From: Botryllus schlosseri
Lineage: Eukaryota
NCBI GenBank assembly: GCA_051294905.1
Contig: CM119371.1
Location: 6,822,001 to 6,886,000, forward strand
DNA length: 64,000 nt
Direction: 5' to 3'
The notes under the pieces are model-generated. The model did no database searches. It saw nothing but the letters and a program-made list of their open reading frames with translations, and had not been told where the DNA came from. The position numbers and the translations under genes are program-made. Below, one piece after another: positions 1 to 12,957 of this stretch. Numbering within the stretch: the first letter of the stretch is position 1; the number at the start of each line of letters is the position of its first letter.

Positions 1-620
1 CATATTCGTACTCGCTTTGGAACGTCGCGCAGGACTGGGCCGGTTCACGTCCTCCTCGCTCTGCAAAAACAGAAGGGGGTCAGTCAATACTAGCATTGGA
101 GTCACGGGATTTTAAGGTATATTTCTGATAGCGATTCCGGGATCAACTCTATTGAAATCCAGGGATTTAAAAAAAGCATCTACGAGACCTGACATCACTT
201 CCACTTACAGTTTTTTTCCGGCAAAACTAGGCCTAAAATACTTTACTCTTTACTTATTCGGAAATTTCTACTTTTACTTGTACTTGAGTAGAAATTTACG
301 ACGCTACTTATCCTTCCATTTGAGTACCAACAATGAATACTTTGTTCTTCTGAAACAGAGATGTCGAATGACCTCCAACCCCAACCTTCACCCACCTTTT
401 TACATCGGGATGGACTGTCTTGTAGGCATCCGAACCAACAGTGGGTCTTGGGAAACTTTCTGTCGGATCATTCCCAGCTAGTGGGCCGACCTTTTATCAA
501 TTGCGTGGCGAGCCGGAAATCCTTCCCAAGCAAGGGTGACACTGGAATAAAAGGGTGTCAGTTTTTTGGGCAACTCTAAGCAAATTGTGACACTGACTCG
601 ATTACAATCATAATTGTAAA

Positions 621-2241
621 CAGGCGCGTAGCCAGGGGGGGGGTTTCGGGGGTCGGAACCCCCGACTTTTGAAGCGCGAAACCCCTTCCATTTACGCGGA
701 ACCCCTCTCGATGCATTTCAATATTTCGTCGGTCGGTAGCACTAGCTAATTTGTAGCACGCTCTTGCGCAATGATATGACCGATACATATGATGGCCTTT
801 TTCTCGCGTCTTCTCTCGTGTGCACAGTAGACGAGAGAGGGCTTTTTTCACGTGCGTGCAAGGGAGACAAGGTCGTTATATCGTATAATGTAATCACAGT
901 CACAAAGTGTAGCTACAACTCGTCGCGTCGCTTTTCCGAACGCGCGTAATTAGTATTAATAATATCAGATGTATTGCAGTATTCACCTCACTGGCGACGC
1001 GTAATTCATAATTGTCGCGTGGTCCGCGATCTCATCAAATCTAGAACTCTATTAGGTCTATGCTTCAACAATTGGATGCTTAATCTCACGCATTCACCGA
1101 TACACGGCAACGCAACTTTGATCTACAATTTGACGGCTTAATATCAACAAAGAACAAAGAAATAGCAACAGGTTATCTGAAGAACACTGTATTCAAACGG
1201 CATTCTTCAATCTACGCTAACATTTTTTTGCTAAAATCCTTTAACACGGCCAAGCCAGGCTTGCGCGCGGCCAATTGGCCGGGCCTATTGCAGATGCGGT
1301 TCTTCAAGCCAGTAGAACTAGGCTTGTTAGAGACGTGATAAATCAGGCTAGCAACGATTGCATCCAGCACGGCAAAACCAAACGAGAATCGATCTCGCTG
1401 ATATGATTGCGAAATTAAGTCATCGATTGGCGCGCGCTCGGCAATCGTTGCTAGCCTGATTTATCACGTCTCTAACAAGCCTAGTTCTACTGGCTCGAAG
1501 AACCGCATCTGCAATAGGCCCGGTGCGAACTATACCATCGCCTGCACAATCGCATCTGCTTTGCCTGTCCGGCACTATATCATCGTTGGCTTACACAACA
1601 ATCGCATCCGCAATATGCCTGATACCAAAGATATCATCGCTAGCCTAATAACGATCGCGTCTCAGGCCTAGCATGCTTTGGCTCCTATCTCTCGATGGAT
1701 TGTATGCGGATTTGCGATTGTGATTAAAGAATGACATCGCTAAACTGAATGACATGGAATGTCCGCAATCGACCTCAAACATGTACGTGCGACGGTGCGT
1801 ACATACTTGATTGATTTTCGCTAATACTTGAACATAACCATCGGAAGATGTGTGTCAATGCTTGAGTTATAAAAGATGAGAAAGGTTTGAAATTGAACCA
1901 CCTGAAATCGGTGCCATTATAGAACAGATTCCATAACAACTCGGACATTTTGACTTGTGCAAATCGTCGCCGAGGTTACGTAATATGCGTTGATATGCGC
2001 GTAATACGCGTTGAGAAAGCTCGCGTATTCAATTGTTCGCGAGAGATCAGGGACTCGCTAATTAACAGCACTTCCGGACACGTTGGCAAGCTTATCATAC
2101 GCGTAACTTCGTCAACGCGAGGCGATTGTATAATCGTCATTTACGCATTACTTAACCCTAATGAATTGATGCTATAAAAATCGAAACCCCGCCCTCTTCA
2201 TTTCAAACCCCTCCCATATTTTTCGGCTGGCTACGCGCCTG
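621..2241. mobile_element. Non-autonomous hAT-like (Ac/Tip100-type termini) element
   Basis: TIR CAGGCGCGTAGCCAG / CTGGCTACGCGCCTG. Absent from the paralogous site near 51744. No clean TSD. Confidence 0.8.
1279..1523. repeat. Long inverted repeat (about 83-bp arms, 79-bp spacer) inside the 621-2241 element
   Basis: 1279-1361 is the reverse complement of 1441-1523, with one mismatch seen. Confidence 0.9.
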
Positions 2242-2452
2242 TTTACATAGCATTTAAAAAAAAATTAGATTACAATTACTGAATTTACGAAAACTTGCAC
2301 ATTGTATGAAGTTCAGTTCATATTAAATCACAGAGTTCCTTATCATAAGCACGAGAATGGCAAACTCCTGTTTCTTGGCTCGATTCACGCGATACAGTTC
2401 TCCTAGATCCTCTTCATAAAAGCCAGAAAATAGATACGCTATCACATTAGAG

Positions 2453-3471
2453 CAGGGGTGGGCAAACTACGGCCCGCAGGCCGCATGCGGCCCGCAACAC
2501 CGTTCTGTCCGGCCCGCAAGAGTCTAAAGAATTATTTTTTAATATTGATAAAATGCGTACGAAAAATCGAATTAATGCAGGGACTTGATTAACTTTTTCT
2601 TAGTATATTTCACCATGATAATCCAAAGACAGTGGTTCTGAAGGGGGGCTCGAAGCTGAGCTCAACTGAGAAAAATTTTCGCGCTTCGCGCAATTTACAT
2701 CCAATTCATAGCTGTTATTGCTCTTTATTTACTCTGAATTACATGTTGAAAAAACCTCTCATCCACAGTCGCAACCTTCCATGCCATCAAACTACCCGTG
2801 AGGTTTGCATAGCATCCTGGTTGCGTTTTGTGATATGACGATAAGGGGGCGCGAAATCTTTCATCATCACAGGTGTCTTAAAAAGTTTGAGAACCACTGA
2901 TCTAAGGTAAATACTTAATATCACAGCGGGATAGCTGCAATAACATTGACATAATTTGGATCACCAGTGGGATTTCAGATTGGCTACTACATTTTTAATT
3001 ATTTCAGTGATGTGCTTATAAAAAACGATTCGAGCGTGTCTTAGGTAGATTCGTTGTCTGTACGTATAGAATGGGGTGGTGGTATATATATTTTATCTCC
3101 ACATAGTAGAAGCTGACATGGTCGTGATGCTGTCAGCATTGTGTGGCCCGGAACTGAACCAAAAGTGGAATTAGTAAATCTATGAACAGATCGCTTCTCA
3201 CAGATTTGAATTTCAATCCTGTTCTAAAAATCAGGCAAATTGGTTATTGAGGTCCGCCAGCCTATGAAATCTCGCCACTATATATGTTTCTGACGCATGT
3301 ACGATATCATCAAAGCAATGATTGGCTTGACACATATCTCCATGTCCTCACTATATAATCAAATATCAATATTGCGTTTTTGGTTTATAATCCCAATTTT
3401 ATTTAGTGCGGCCCGCGAATGGATTCGGATGTTGAATGCGGCCCGCGAGCTCAAAAGTTTGCCCACCCCTG
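2453..3471. mobile_element. hAT Buster-type MITE with a nested hAT MITE at 2630-2899
   Basis: TIR CAGGGGTGGGCAAACT / AGTTTGCCCACCCCTG and TSD CATTAGAG on both sides. The paralogous site near 52840 is empty. The inner element has CAGTGGTTCT / AGAACCACTG ends. Confidence 0.9.
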
Positions 3472-4539
3472 CATTAGAGCATAGAAATATTTCACAAATC
3501 AGATAAGAATTTCATGACTAGAATTATCTAGTTGTCCAAGTCTGCACAGTGGTGGTCAGTAACAAAGTACTTTTTCCAAGTAATCGAGTATTTCCCCACT
3601 ACTGGTAGCACCTACTAGAGTAACTAAAATTTCCAATACTTTTACTTGTAATCTGTCATATTTCGTAACTTGACTACTTTCACTATTTCCAGTTTGTCAA
3701 GAGGAAGTGTTATGTTCTCCCAATAAGAGAGTTACAGCGTGACCAAGACGGAGAAATTCAGGTGCTGCTGTAGCGGAGAGCTCAGACTTGTCGCGCTTTG
3801 TGCGAATATATGGAGCGACCAATATCTTTCCACTAAAGCAGGGGTGGCCAGCAGTTTCGGCCAGAGGTCCACATGCGATCTAAGAGCCTTTGCGCGGGCC
3901 ACTTGAATGTTGATGACCTTTTCAGTCGTCCGATAGGAGTGAACCAGACTAGGTACCGGTGAAAACAAGACTTATCTGACTACGCATCAAAATCGGTACC
4001 TATTATTTCATGAAAACTCCTAGCTGCGCGAGGGGAGAAAGATTTCAAAGTTAATGAATGAATTCGGCAAATTATACCGTACCTTGCATATATTGCGGGC
4101 CGTCTTTGTTGACCGCTAGGCACATTTGGCAAGGGCAAGGAAGTCGCATGTTGGACGACACGTTCTCTCGTAATTGCGAATATATAGTTAGGCTCAATTC
4201 CGTATTCTGGGCGTATTTGGGGATACCCATACTAAAAGCAAGAAATCGAGTGAAAATAAATCGCGCGAAGTGCTGAGAAAAATTTACAGTCAAATAAATC
4301 TGCCTCGATCTATTCTACTTGATGGTCATATACGAAGATCTACGAAAATTGTGACTGGCCCGTGGCTTATACGCCTACGCGACATAACTGATATTTTAGT
4401 CATCAACATCCCAAATTTTGCGATCAGGTAAATCAAATTTTTGGTTTGCCTTTGCAAGTTCATAATAAATTACCTGGGTAAGTCATTTTTTATATTATTT
4501 CCAATTTCGAGAATTACCGGGTCATGGGTTGGCTGCCCC

Positions 4540-4930
4540 CAGGGTTGTAATGACTCGACTCCGACTCGAGTCACGATTTTCTGATGACTCGACTTGACTC
4601 GAACCAAGTCATATCAACCAAGACTCAGACGGCCAAGACAGACATTCCATTGTAATTTCGAAGAATAGTAAAGTCACCACACTATTGGGATTACGTGTAT
4701 TGGTGCTGGTACTTGAAAATGCGACCAGAAACTACTAAAAGTGAGGAAAATTAGTATATTAGAAATGCTAACGAATCGATATCACCAAACAGAGTTATAA
4801 AAAGTGGGTGTTAGCAAGAATTTCACTGGAAACTGAGCAGTCAACACAACGACTTGGACTCGGACTCGAGTCATAATACTGTGACTCGGACTCGACCCTC
4901 TGCTCGATGACTTGGACTTGACTCGGTGGT
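4540..4930 (+). mobile_element. GACTCGAGTC-rich non-autonomous TIR element (CAGGGTTGTAA termini), truncated
   Basis: Starts CAGGGTTGTAATGACTCG and carries arrays of GACTC/GAGTC motifs. Same family at 8360-8836, 14987-15493, 24628-25651, 53730-54125 and 62788-63185. Confidence 0.75.
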
Positions 4931-5752
4931 TGTGGCTTCTGCATCTTTTAAGCCCAAAACCAGCTTTCTAGTGCAAGCGGTTGTCAATATGTAGGGAAAT
5001 TATCCAATTTTGGCTCGTTCGTTGAAATTGCACAACCACTAGACTAGAGGGTGAGCAAGCCCAATATTATTATAGAAAATATTTTTTTGATCTTTGGCAC
5101 CACAGAGCAAGTGTCCGTTTTGAAATTCAAAATTTTCCATTTTCACTCCATCCTAATATAGGAGTTTCATGACAGTAAACAGGCCTAAAATTCAGCAAAA
5201 CGTTTGGAATCATACAACCTGCCGTACGGTATTTTATTTTATTTTCTTTCCTAATAGCGCAAAACATCAAGGTAGTGTACGGGCAGAACTTATCTACATC
5301 AGTCATTGTCTTATTAACTACAGGCATTGTAATATGACTTAGGGCATCATACCGTCACATTTTCTGAAAGTAGGCACTGGGATGAAAAAGAGGTCAAGAG
5401 CCACTGTTGTTATGCAATGGCGTCATTTGTAGGCTATCACATGATATATTAGAATCCTGATGCAGTCAAAATAGATATAACTCCTGGGATGTAGCAACAC
5501 AAACCCAGCTATCTGCACCGTCCACATACAGTTATGTCAGTTTCCAGGTTCCGAAAGTGTATTTATGACTGATTTTCAAATCTACGTACATAATTCTGTA
5601 GTTTTCAAAGACAGCAAATTCTACTTCTACCTTAAATTAGCTACTTTTGGAACAGCAATACTATTACTCATACTTGAATGAAATACGCATCGCTACTTCT
5701 ACTTGAGTAGTTTTCTTGACTACTTTGACAACTTCTGATCATGTATGTGGAA

Positions 5753-6260
5753 TAGGTTTGTTCAGAAATAACTCTCAAAGTCCGGGGAGTCACTGATTAA
5801 ATTGTAAGGTTGCCTAAAAAAAAAGGCTGCACAACAAATTCGGCTCAATTCCAACCATCCAAAGCCACGGCAGAGCAAATTGAAGTATTTTTTCAAATTT
5901 TTTTTTAGATTTTACTGTCAACCCAAGGAAATTGTTGAGTTGCCTAAAAGAACGATGCATAACAACCGGTAGAAGCGAAATTATTGCAGTGGAGAGTTTT
6001 GGATTTGCAAAAATAGTATTGATGGTGGGTAAACCCAGAATTATTAATGAAAAACTGAAATAACTTTGTTTCTACGGGTTGGAATTGCATTAAATTTCTT
6101 TTGCATAATTTTTGTAGACAGCATAACAACTTCATGGGGCTGACAGTGAAATTTGCGTCGGCTTCTACTGGTAGGAATTAAGCCAAATTTTGTGTGCAGC
6201 ATTTTTTTACGCAACCTAACATTTTAATCAGTGAATCCCCGGGATACGGAAAAAGATTAC
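5753..6260. mobile_element. Foldback MITE with long imperfect TIRs, shared by three units
   Basis: The left part (..AGGTTGCCTAAAAA..CAAATTCGGCT) is mirrored by AGCCAAATTTTG..GCAACCT. Paralogs lie at about 26158-26745 and 54942-55388. Confidence 0.65.
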
Positions 6261-8003
6261 AGACTTTACCCCCCTCCGAATTTACTGGCAATCAGTGAGC
6301 CAGATTTATTGCCGATTTCTTTGTCATCTCGGAATGAGTAACTGCTGAATGTGTGAGACTGTAGGGTGTAAATATATGGTGCGTTGATATTAAGGGAGAT
6401 AGCAGGTTGATATGAAAATCCATGGCATTTCTACATTGTCACCGACTGTGGATATGTTACAAAATTACACAGTAACTCACCTGCAGTCATCACGATTCCT
6501 GGAAATCTCATTATCGAGATCTTGCCTTTTGGTTGGTGACAATGCCTGAAAGTAAATCCCATAATTACACAGACAAAAAATAGACATGGACAGTAAAATT
6601 AAACAGGGGTTCCACCAGCCATCTCGAACTGTATAGAGCAAAAAATGCCAGAAACTGCCTTCATTTGGTGTAAAAAATATCTCAGTGTCAACATGAGAGT
6701 GGCTCACTTTGGTTTATTCATACCATCTTAATGACGTTACAGAGACGTCACAATGCGCGTTCATACAATTTAGGAAGATTTGGTTGTTTATTAACCCTGA
6801 CCTCTGCCCAATTATGTAATTAATCATCTCATAGAGTTCAACCACGATAGGCACTAATGAATATAGAGGCATACGCGAATGAACACTTTTCAACGGGATT
6901 TCAAGAATATGCAGCACGGGTGAGAATAGCTATTAGCCAACATCAATTATATACTATTAGCAGTCATGCGTGGTTCAAACAGCTCCTGCAAACCGGGGTA
7001 ATAACTTCAGACTAAGGAGCAAATTGAAGACTAACAACCTCCGGATATGAGCTGGTGATTATTATGCGAAGAGAATGCCGGTCCTAATTGTGGCTTGAAA
7101 ATACGCAGCCGGATATAACTCACCTTGAATGACAATTGATGAACTTGCTTGACTCTGATTGCAAGAAAATCCTTGCCTGTGATGATAAAGAAACAATGCA
7201 TCGGATTAGAAACTATTCGAATTTGAACTTTACAGTTACCAAATGTGTAGTTACAGATAGAAATAAGATCGTCACTAGTGGTTTTGAGTCGAGATTATTG
7301 GTAATAATTTATTTATTTCGAAATACCCTACTATAGCATTGATGGCAAATAATCGAATCCGAAATCATTGATTTTGTAAATGGATAAGTTCAGAATTACT
7401 CACTTTCATCTCCCGGGTAGATTTGTCACACATTGATGTGTGTCAGATTTAAACTGATTGAGATAGGCTGAGATCGCCTTGCAAACTTCTTTTATCATCA
7501 GTGCCATTTCACATCCAACGACCAGACCATTAAATAATATGCTATTTTGTTATAAATGATCTTCTGATTGCAATCCACTGTAACAAAAATAATAATGGTT
7601 ATGAAAAGTAAAATTAATGAATCTATAATTCTATATACACCACATGTTGCTCAAACCTGTCTATCGTAGCAGCAGATGCGGTGTATAGCGAGTTGCCAAT
7701 AGTCGCCTCATTCAAATATAATCAAAATAGTTCATGGTTGATAACCGTACCCGCACAAATTTAGCATCTTGATCATGGATAGCTAAAAACTGCTGACAGT
7801 TTTTGAATCAGGGCCCCCAAATTCATCGAAACAATAAAATAGCAAAATAAAGAAAAATTTCATCCGCTCTTATTAGGCCTAGATATGTGATCACTGTTAA
7901 TCCACGATTCTCATGAAGTAAGATAGGCAATTAGGCATATAAACTAGTAACCCAAGCTCAATTTGGAAGCACACATTGTTGTGAGGATACCTTTTGAAGA
8001 GTA

Positions 8004-8345
8004 CCGTAATTTTCCATGTATAGTACGCCCCCATGTATAATACGCACCGTTAAAATAGCATGCAAATTCTGGGAAAAAGCCTGTACCCATGTATAGTACG
8101 CACCCTGCATTCACAGTACATGAATAGCTGTGTTTTAGTACGCGATGTTGTTCTGTTTTGCGATGTCACTGTCGAACAATCATGACATAACCATCGCTAA
8201 TCATTATGCAATTTACGGCATTGTCTCCGAACGATAGTAGAGAGCATCCAAAGCCTGCGAGGTTGGCGACGCGATAGTTCGGGCCAGCGACACGACGTCT
8301 TGCGCACGAGGCCTATTACAGATGCGATTGGTAATCATTATACAA
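8004..8345 (+). mobile_element. Truncated pogo/Tc2-like MITE (left end)
   Basis: TA|CCGTAATTTTCCATGTATAGTACGC, the same family as the complete copy at 57229-58093. Confidence 0.75.
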
Positions 8346-8359
8346 GTAACGGTTTTCTG

Positions 8360-8836
8360 ATGACTCGACTTGACTCGAGTCATTTTCTCAAAATACGAAA
8401 ATGACTCGACTTGATTTGAGCCAATTTGTATAATCACTCGACTTGGACTCGAGTCATTGCGCATGACTCGAGACTCAGACGGCAAAGGCCAACATTTCAT
8501 TGTAATGTCGAAGAATAGTAAAGTAACCACCATATTGTCTATTGGTGCTGGGACTTGAAAATGCGATCGGAAACTGCTAAAAGTCAGGAAAATTGGTACC
8601 TTATAAATGCGAACCATTCGATATCACCAAACAGAGTTATGAGAAGTGGATTGAACAAGACTTTAACAGACAACGTAGCAGTCAACACAATGACTTGGAC
8701 TCGACCCTCTGCCCACTGACTTGGACTCGGACTTGACTCGGTGGTGCATTGAAAATGACTCGACTTGACTTGAGTCAAAACTACAAAAGTGCGATTGAAT
8801 TGTGACTCGGAGCCTTGTGACTTGGTTACAACCCTG
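8360..8836 (+). mobile_element. GACTCGAGTC-rich element, right portion
   Basis: Ends GGTTACAACCCTG and carries GACTC arrays. Confidence 0.75.
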
Positions 8837-9617
8837 GCATGGATCGCAAATAATCGAATCCGAAATCGTTGATTTTACGAAAAAATAAATTCAGAATTAC
8901 TCACTTTCATCTCCCGGATAGACTTGTCAGACAGTGATGCATGTCAGACTCCAACTGATTGACATTGGTCGATATTGTCATGCAAACTTCTTTTATCACC
9001 AAAGCCATTTCACATACGATGACCAGACTATAAAATGATAAGTTATCTTATAATGATGATATTCTGATTGAAATCCACTGTAACAAAATGGAGAGTGGTT
9101 ATGAAAAGTAAAATCAATGAATCTTCATACACCATGCAGTTTGCTCAAGCCTGGCCAGTGGCCATCGTACCAGCAGATTTGGTAGATAGCGAGTTGACGA
9201 TAGTCGCCTCATAAAAATATAATCGAAATGGTTTATGTTGAGTATGGGTACAAATTTGGCATCTTGATCATAGATAGCAAAATACTAATGTTATTTATGA
9301 ATCAGCACCCCCATATTAGTTAAAAACAATAGAAACAACAAGATAAACAAAAATTCCCTCCAATTTCATTTTGTAATTAATCATTGTTTAGCCTATCCAC
9401 GATTCTCATTAAGTATGACAGGCATATAAACTTGTAATACACGCTATATTTGGAAGCACATACTGTTGTGAGTACCGGTATACCTTTTGAAGAGTGAATA
9501 ACAGGAGCAAATATCGTATGCGGTTAAACAAAGAAGAGATCATCCACATAGAGCATTGAGTGCTGTGGGTTATTTCATACTGAATCATGGGAAGTGAAAA
9601 ATTTAAAGGGCCTACAG

Positions 9618-10487
9618 CAGGGGTGTCAAACTCAACTTGCGACGCGGGTCGGATTCAGACCTTCAGGTCGCCCGCAAGCCGCACCAGGCAAATGTTAACT
9701 TGAAATCCATGACCTTGTTTTTTACTTTGATAGCAAGCATTTTATTATGTTACGGATCATACGCGTTCTATTCTAGCAGCACCGTTATTCGCAAACCACG
9801 AAATTGGCAAAATACGATGATTTTCTGGATTAAATATACGGTAATAGACCACTAAAATAGTAGCTCTAACGGCGATAGAAGTCGGCATATTTCAATGCTC
9901 TATTTGTTTTGGTCGTAGCCGTTAGCTATTCCTATGCGTACGTGAGGAATACACGAGATATTAAACGTAAACGAGGACGTTGGAATTTGATTCATGAGGC
10001 TGTTATCATGAAATTGTGATACGGGTTTTTCTAGAGGCCGGGAACTTTTGAGTCAGAAATGATACGGCACTGCGATCACGAATATTTAAATTACAATTTT
10101 GTGTAATTATTATATTCTTCATGTAGCCTGAATAACAGTTTTGCATTGGCTTCTATGAATAACCATACTTCACGGTAATTTTGTCTATAAAACTCGAAAT
10201 TCAGTATGCAATTTTCGCATTCTTGGAATTGGGAATCAATGTCACCGACTGTATGGTGGGTAGACCACTGCATGTCGGACGGTTATAATGTGGCCTATGA
10301 ACATGCTCGGCATTTGATGTCTTGAGGGATTGTTTGTTGGAAGTAATTCCTACTAAAAATTTCAACATTTGTTAGAAATGTGTTGGATAATACAAGCATT
10401 TTTCAATTTAATCGGAATGACTTCGCAGGGCGGATGGAATTGTCTGGCGGGGATGCGGCCCGCGGGTTGTTATGTTTGACGCCCCTG
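9618..10487. mobile_element. hAT Buster-type MITE
   Basis: Termini CAGGGGTGTCAAAC / GTTTGACGCCCCTG with a perfect TSD GCCTACAG. Paralogous sites are empty (about 28615 and 46465). Confidence 0.9.
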
Positions 10488-11328
10488 GCCTACAGTGATC
10501 AGTAGGATGCCCACTCCTGATATTGGCCATATAACCATTGTGGAATCGAATGTCCAAGTTATCAAAATCATAAGCCATATCTATATTGAGTAAGGAACTA
10601 AATATATGATGTGCTGCATCAACTAGAATTGCCGGCAGGATTATGCACTTTCGTACAAGTCAGGAAGTATATTTCCACAAAATTACTGGTTACTATTGCT
10701 ATGACATTCATCAAATGATACGAATCTACCGAAAAGTAGTTTACACACGACAAAATTTGAAAAGTCAAAGGTACGAAATTCTGTTGATTTGGAACAAAAA
10801 AATGCACAATTTTCAAGGCAATCATGATGGATATAGCTCGATGAACTGAAAATTGTAATTGTGAGCCTCTTTATTTTCATTCATGTCTCAGCTGCAGACT
10901 TGTAATGTACAAACTACTAATCTAGTTGGTTTACGGTCAAGTGTAGTTTTAGTTACAGATTTTGAAAAATGAACGAATAGTGACACTAGTGTTCTGTTGT
11001 GTGATTTTTTTGCATCCCCTGTTAGCTTAGAGTCAACACTACTAACAGTAGCGTAACCAGGGGTGGGTTTTGGGAGTCGAAAAACCGTCCCATTTCGAAC
11101 TCAAAACCTCGTTCTTTTGAAACCCAGATTCTATCTCCAGTATTTTTTTTTCTCATTTCCAATTCAGTAATTTGCATTATCAGAATTGTAGTTGCTTCAG
11201 AATTAATCGACTTAGTTGTGCTTTAGTTCGCTAGTTGCAGATTTTTGAAGCATGTTAATTGTAGTTCTAGGTTGACCTGCATTCAAAAAATCCTATAATT
11301 TCTTAAAGTCTGCTCATGTGAGTGCAAT

Positions 11329-12957
11329 CTATCTCTTCAAAAATACGGATGTGTAAATTTGAAAACCTTGATCTACTTTTGGTTTCACTATCGTCCATTT
11401 ATCCTGCGATGAATCAAACTTTTCAATTGTGTTAGAAGTTTCTCCATCTGTTACTGCAAAAATCCACTTGTCAATGTGATAAGCAGAAACTGGACCGTGA
11501 CAAGCATTCATACAAGATAATGAAGTCCACTGAGCTGAAGTAACATCGTAACATTCTACGTTGTCGATTTTCTTTCCTCCACTCACCCCACCGATCACAA
11601 ATATCTTCTGATCAACTGCAACAACACCACTCCCACACACAGGATATCTCATTGGGTCGAGATCAACCCACTCTGATGAAGATGGAGTGAATCTGCAGAA
11701 TGATGGAACTATGACACCATCTTGTGCTATACCGCCGATGCAATAGATGGAGTCATTCAATGATACGAGACTTGTTACACGAATCTCTGAAGGTTTGTCT
11801 TCTAGTTGAAACCATTGATTCACAAGAGAAGTAAATATTTCCACATCACTTGTTGCTTTATTATAACTTCCTCCAACAACAAAAATCGATCCCGACAAAG
11901 AAACTGAGCGAGGATACCATCCATGGTCACAAATCATATCTTTTATCCTTTCCCATTTTGAATTTTTGCTCTGAAAATTGAGTCGATGAACTGATTTATT
12001 CCTACATAAAATGTAGATATACGAGTCTAGAGAAATCGCTGAGAAATTTGTTAAATTCCCAAACTTCTCAACATGAAACTTTTCTACTTTCTCAGTTACT
12101 GGATTGAAGGATCGGATACAATCTGCGTCATCATCAAAAAGAATTATCAATTCATCATTGACAATTTCTTTATTCATTTTGTGCGATGCCTTTGAAGCTT
12201 CTAAAAGATGTCCAGTGATCAACTTGTACAGTCCCAAGTCGTTATTGATAATTTGGTTTGATTTCAAAAGACGTTCTAAAAATGCCGGAGGTACTTTATC
12301 AAACTTGATTGCTTCAAGACATTCGTCCAAATGTTCCTGATTTTTGCGATTTTTCTCAATCCAATTGAACAATAGCGTAAGTTTTTCTTCTTCGCACAAC
12401 TTTGATTTTTCTGAGATCACAAATTTGAGGATGTTGGTTTTTTCAATGCCTCCAAATTCAGGTTGGTTTGATATTTTCATGATATTTTCAATAAAAAACG
12501 CTTCACATCGTGTAGAGAGGGCATCCAGTCCATATATATCGGCAACATTTCTTGTGGGAAAGTAGTTCTCTACATCAACTGATTCCTCCAAAACGTCAGA
12601 TACTGCCTGCTTCACATCTTCCAACTGCATCATGATTGCGACATGTAGAAGATCATTCATCTTTTTATCAGGAATCTCAAATTTGCCCGAGTATATGAAA
12701 TCAATGCAGTTTTTCACACTCTGAGAATCGACCTCTTTCAAAACGACTTTTCCTTCACGACTCTCTTTAGTGTCGTGTTTCAACATCGCTTTGAAATAAG
12801 CACAACCAGCCGACAATACATTTTTGTGAGTGTAATAGACATCATCTCCCACTTGAATTATGAAATCACAATGATCGTTTTCTTGCTTCATTCGATGTAT
12901 TTCGTCCATCATCTTCACTGAATGTTTCTCTACATTTCTACACACAATCTGCACCAT
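11329..12957 (-). CDS. BTB-BACK-Kelch (kelch-like) protein, paralog 1, 542 aa, single coding exon
   Basis: Uninterrupted ORF with a BTB motif (HCDFIIQVG..THKNVLSAGCAYFKAML..CIDFIYSG), BACK helices (EEEKLTLLFNWI) and kelch repeats with GG and Y/W motifs (IFVVGG, IYCIGG, IFVIGG, VECYD..QW). Confidence 0.95.
   Translation of the reverse strand: MVQIVCRNVEKHSVKMMDEIHRMKQENDHCDFIIQVGDDVYYTHKNVLSAGCAYFKAMLKHDTKESREGKVVLKEVDSQSVKNCIDFIYSGKFEIPDKKMNDLLHVAIMMQLEDVKQAVSDVLEESVDVENYFPTRNVADIYGLDALSTRCEAFFIENIMKISNQPEFGGIEKTNILKFVISEKSKLCEEEKLTLLFNWIEKNRKNQEHLDECLEAIKFDKVPPAFLERLLKSNQIINNDLGLYKLITGHLLEASKASHKMNKEIVNDELIILFDDDADCIRSFNPVTEKVEKFHVEKFGNLTNFSAISLDSYIYILCRNKSVHRLNFQSKNSKWERIKDMICDHGWYPRSVSLSGSIFVVGGSYNKATSDVEIFTSLVNQWFQLEDKPSEIRVTSLVSLNDSIYCIGGIAQDGVIVPSFCRFTPSSSEWVDLDPMRYPVCGSGVVAVDQKIFVIGGVSGGKKIDNVECYDVTSAQWTSLSCMNACHGPVSAYHIDKWIFAVTDGETSNTIEKFDSSQDKWTIVKPKVDQGFQIYTSVFLKR

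Larger units (their letters stand above)
1..7370. repeat. Segmental duplication block paralogous to about 51257-57000
   Basis: Colinear similarity, for example TACTCGCTTTGGAACGTCGCGCAGGACTGGGCC at 9 and 51264, and the same order of shared TEs. Confidence 0.9.
6260..10900 (-). pseudogene. Decayed multi-exon gene (unit 1 copy, partly duplicated and TE-interrupted)
   Basis: Homologous exon-like blocks, for example 6481-6545 bounded by TTTCAG| and |GTGAGT. Confidence 0.4.

Noticed and set aside
6714..6917. LHILEIPL..PLYSLVPI motif reminiscent of F-type retroelement envelope proteins
   Set aside because: The resemblance is short, there are no LTR, gag or pol remnants, and the surrounding blocks have splice-like boundaries instead.
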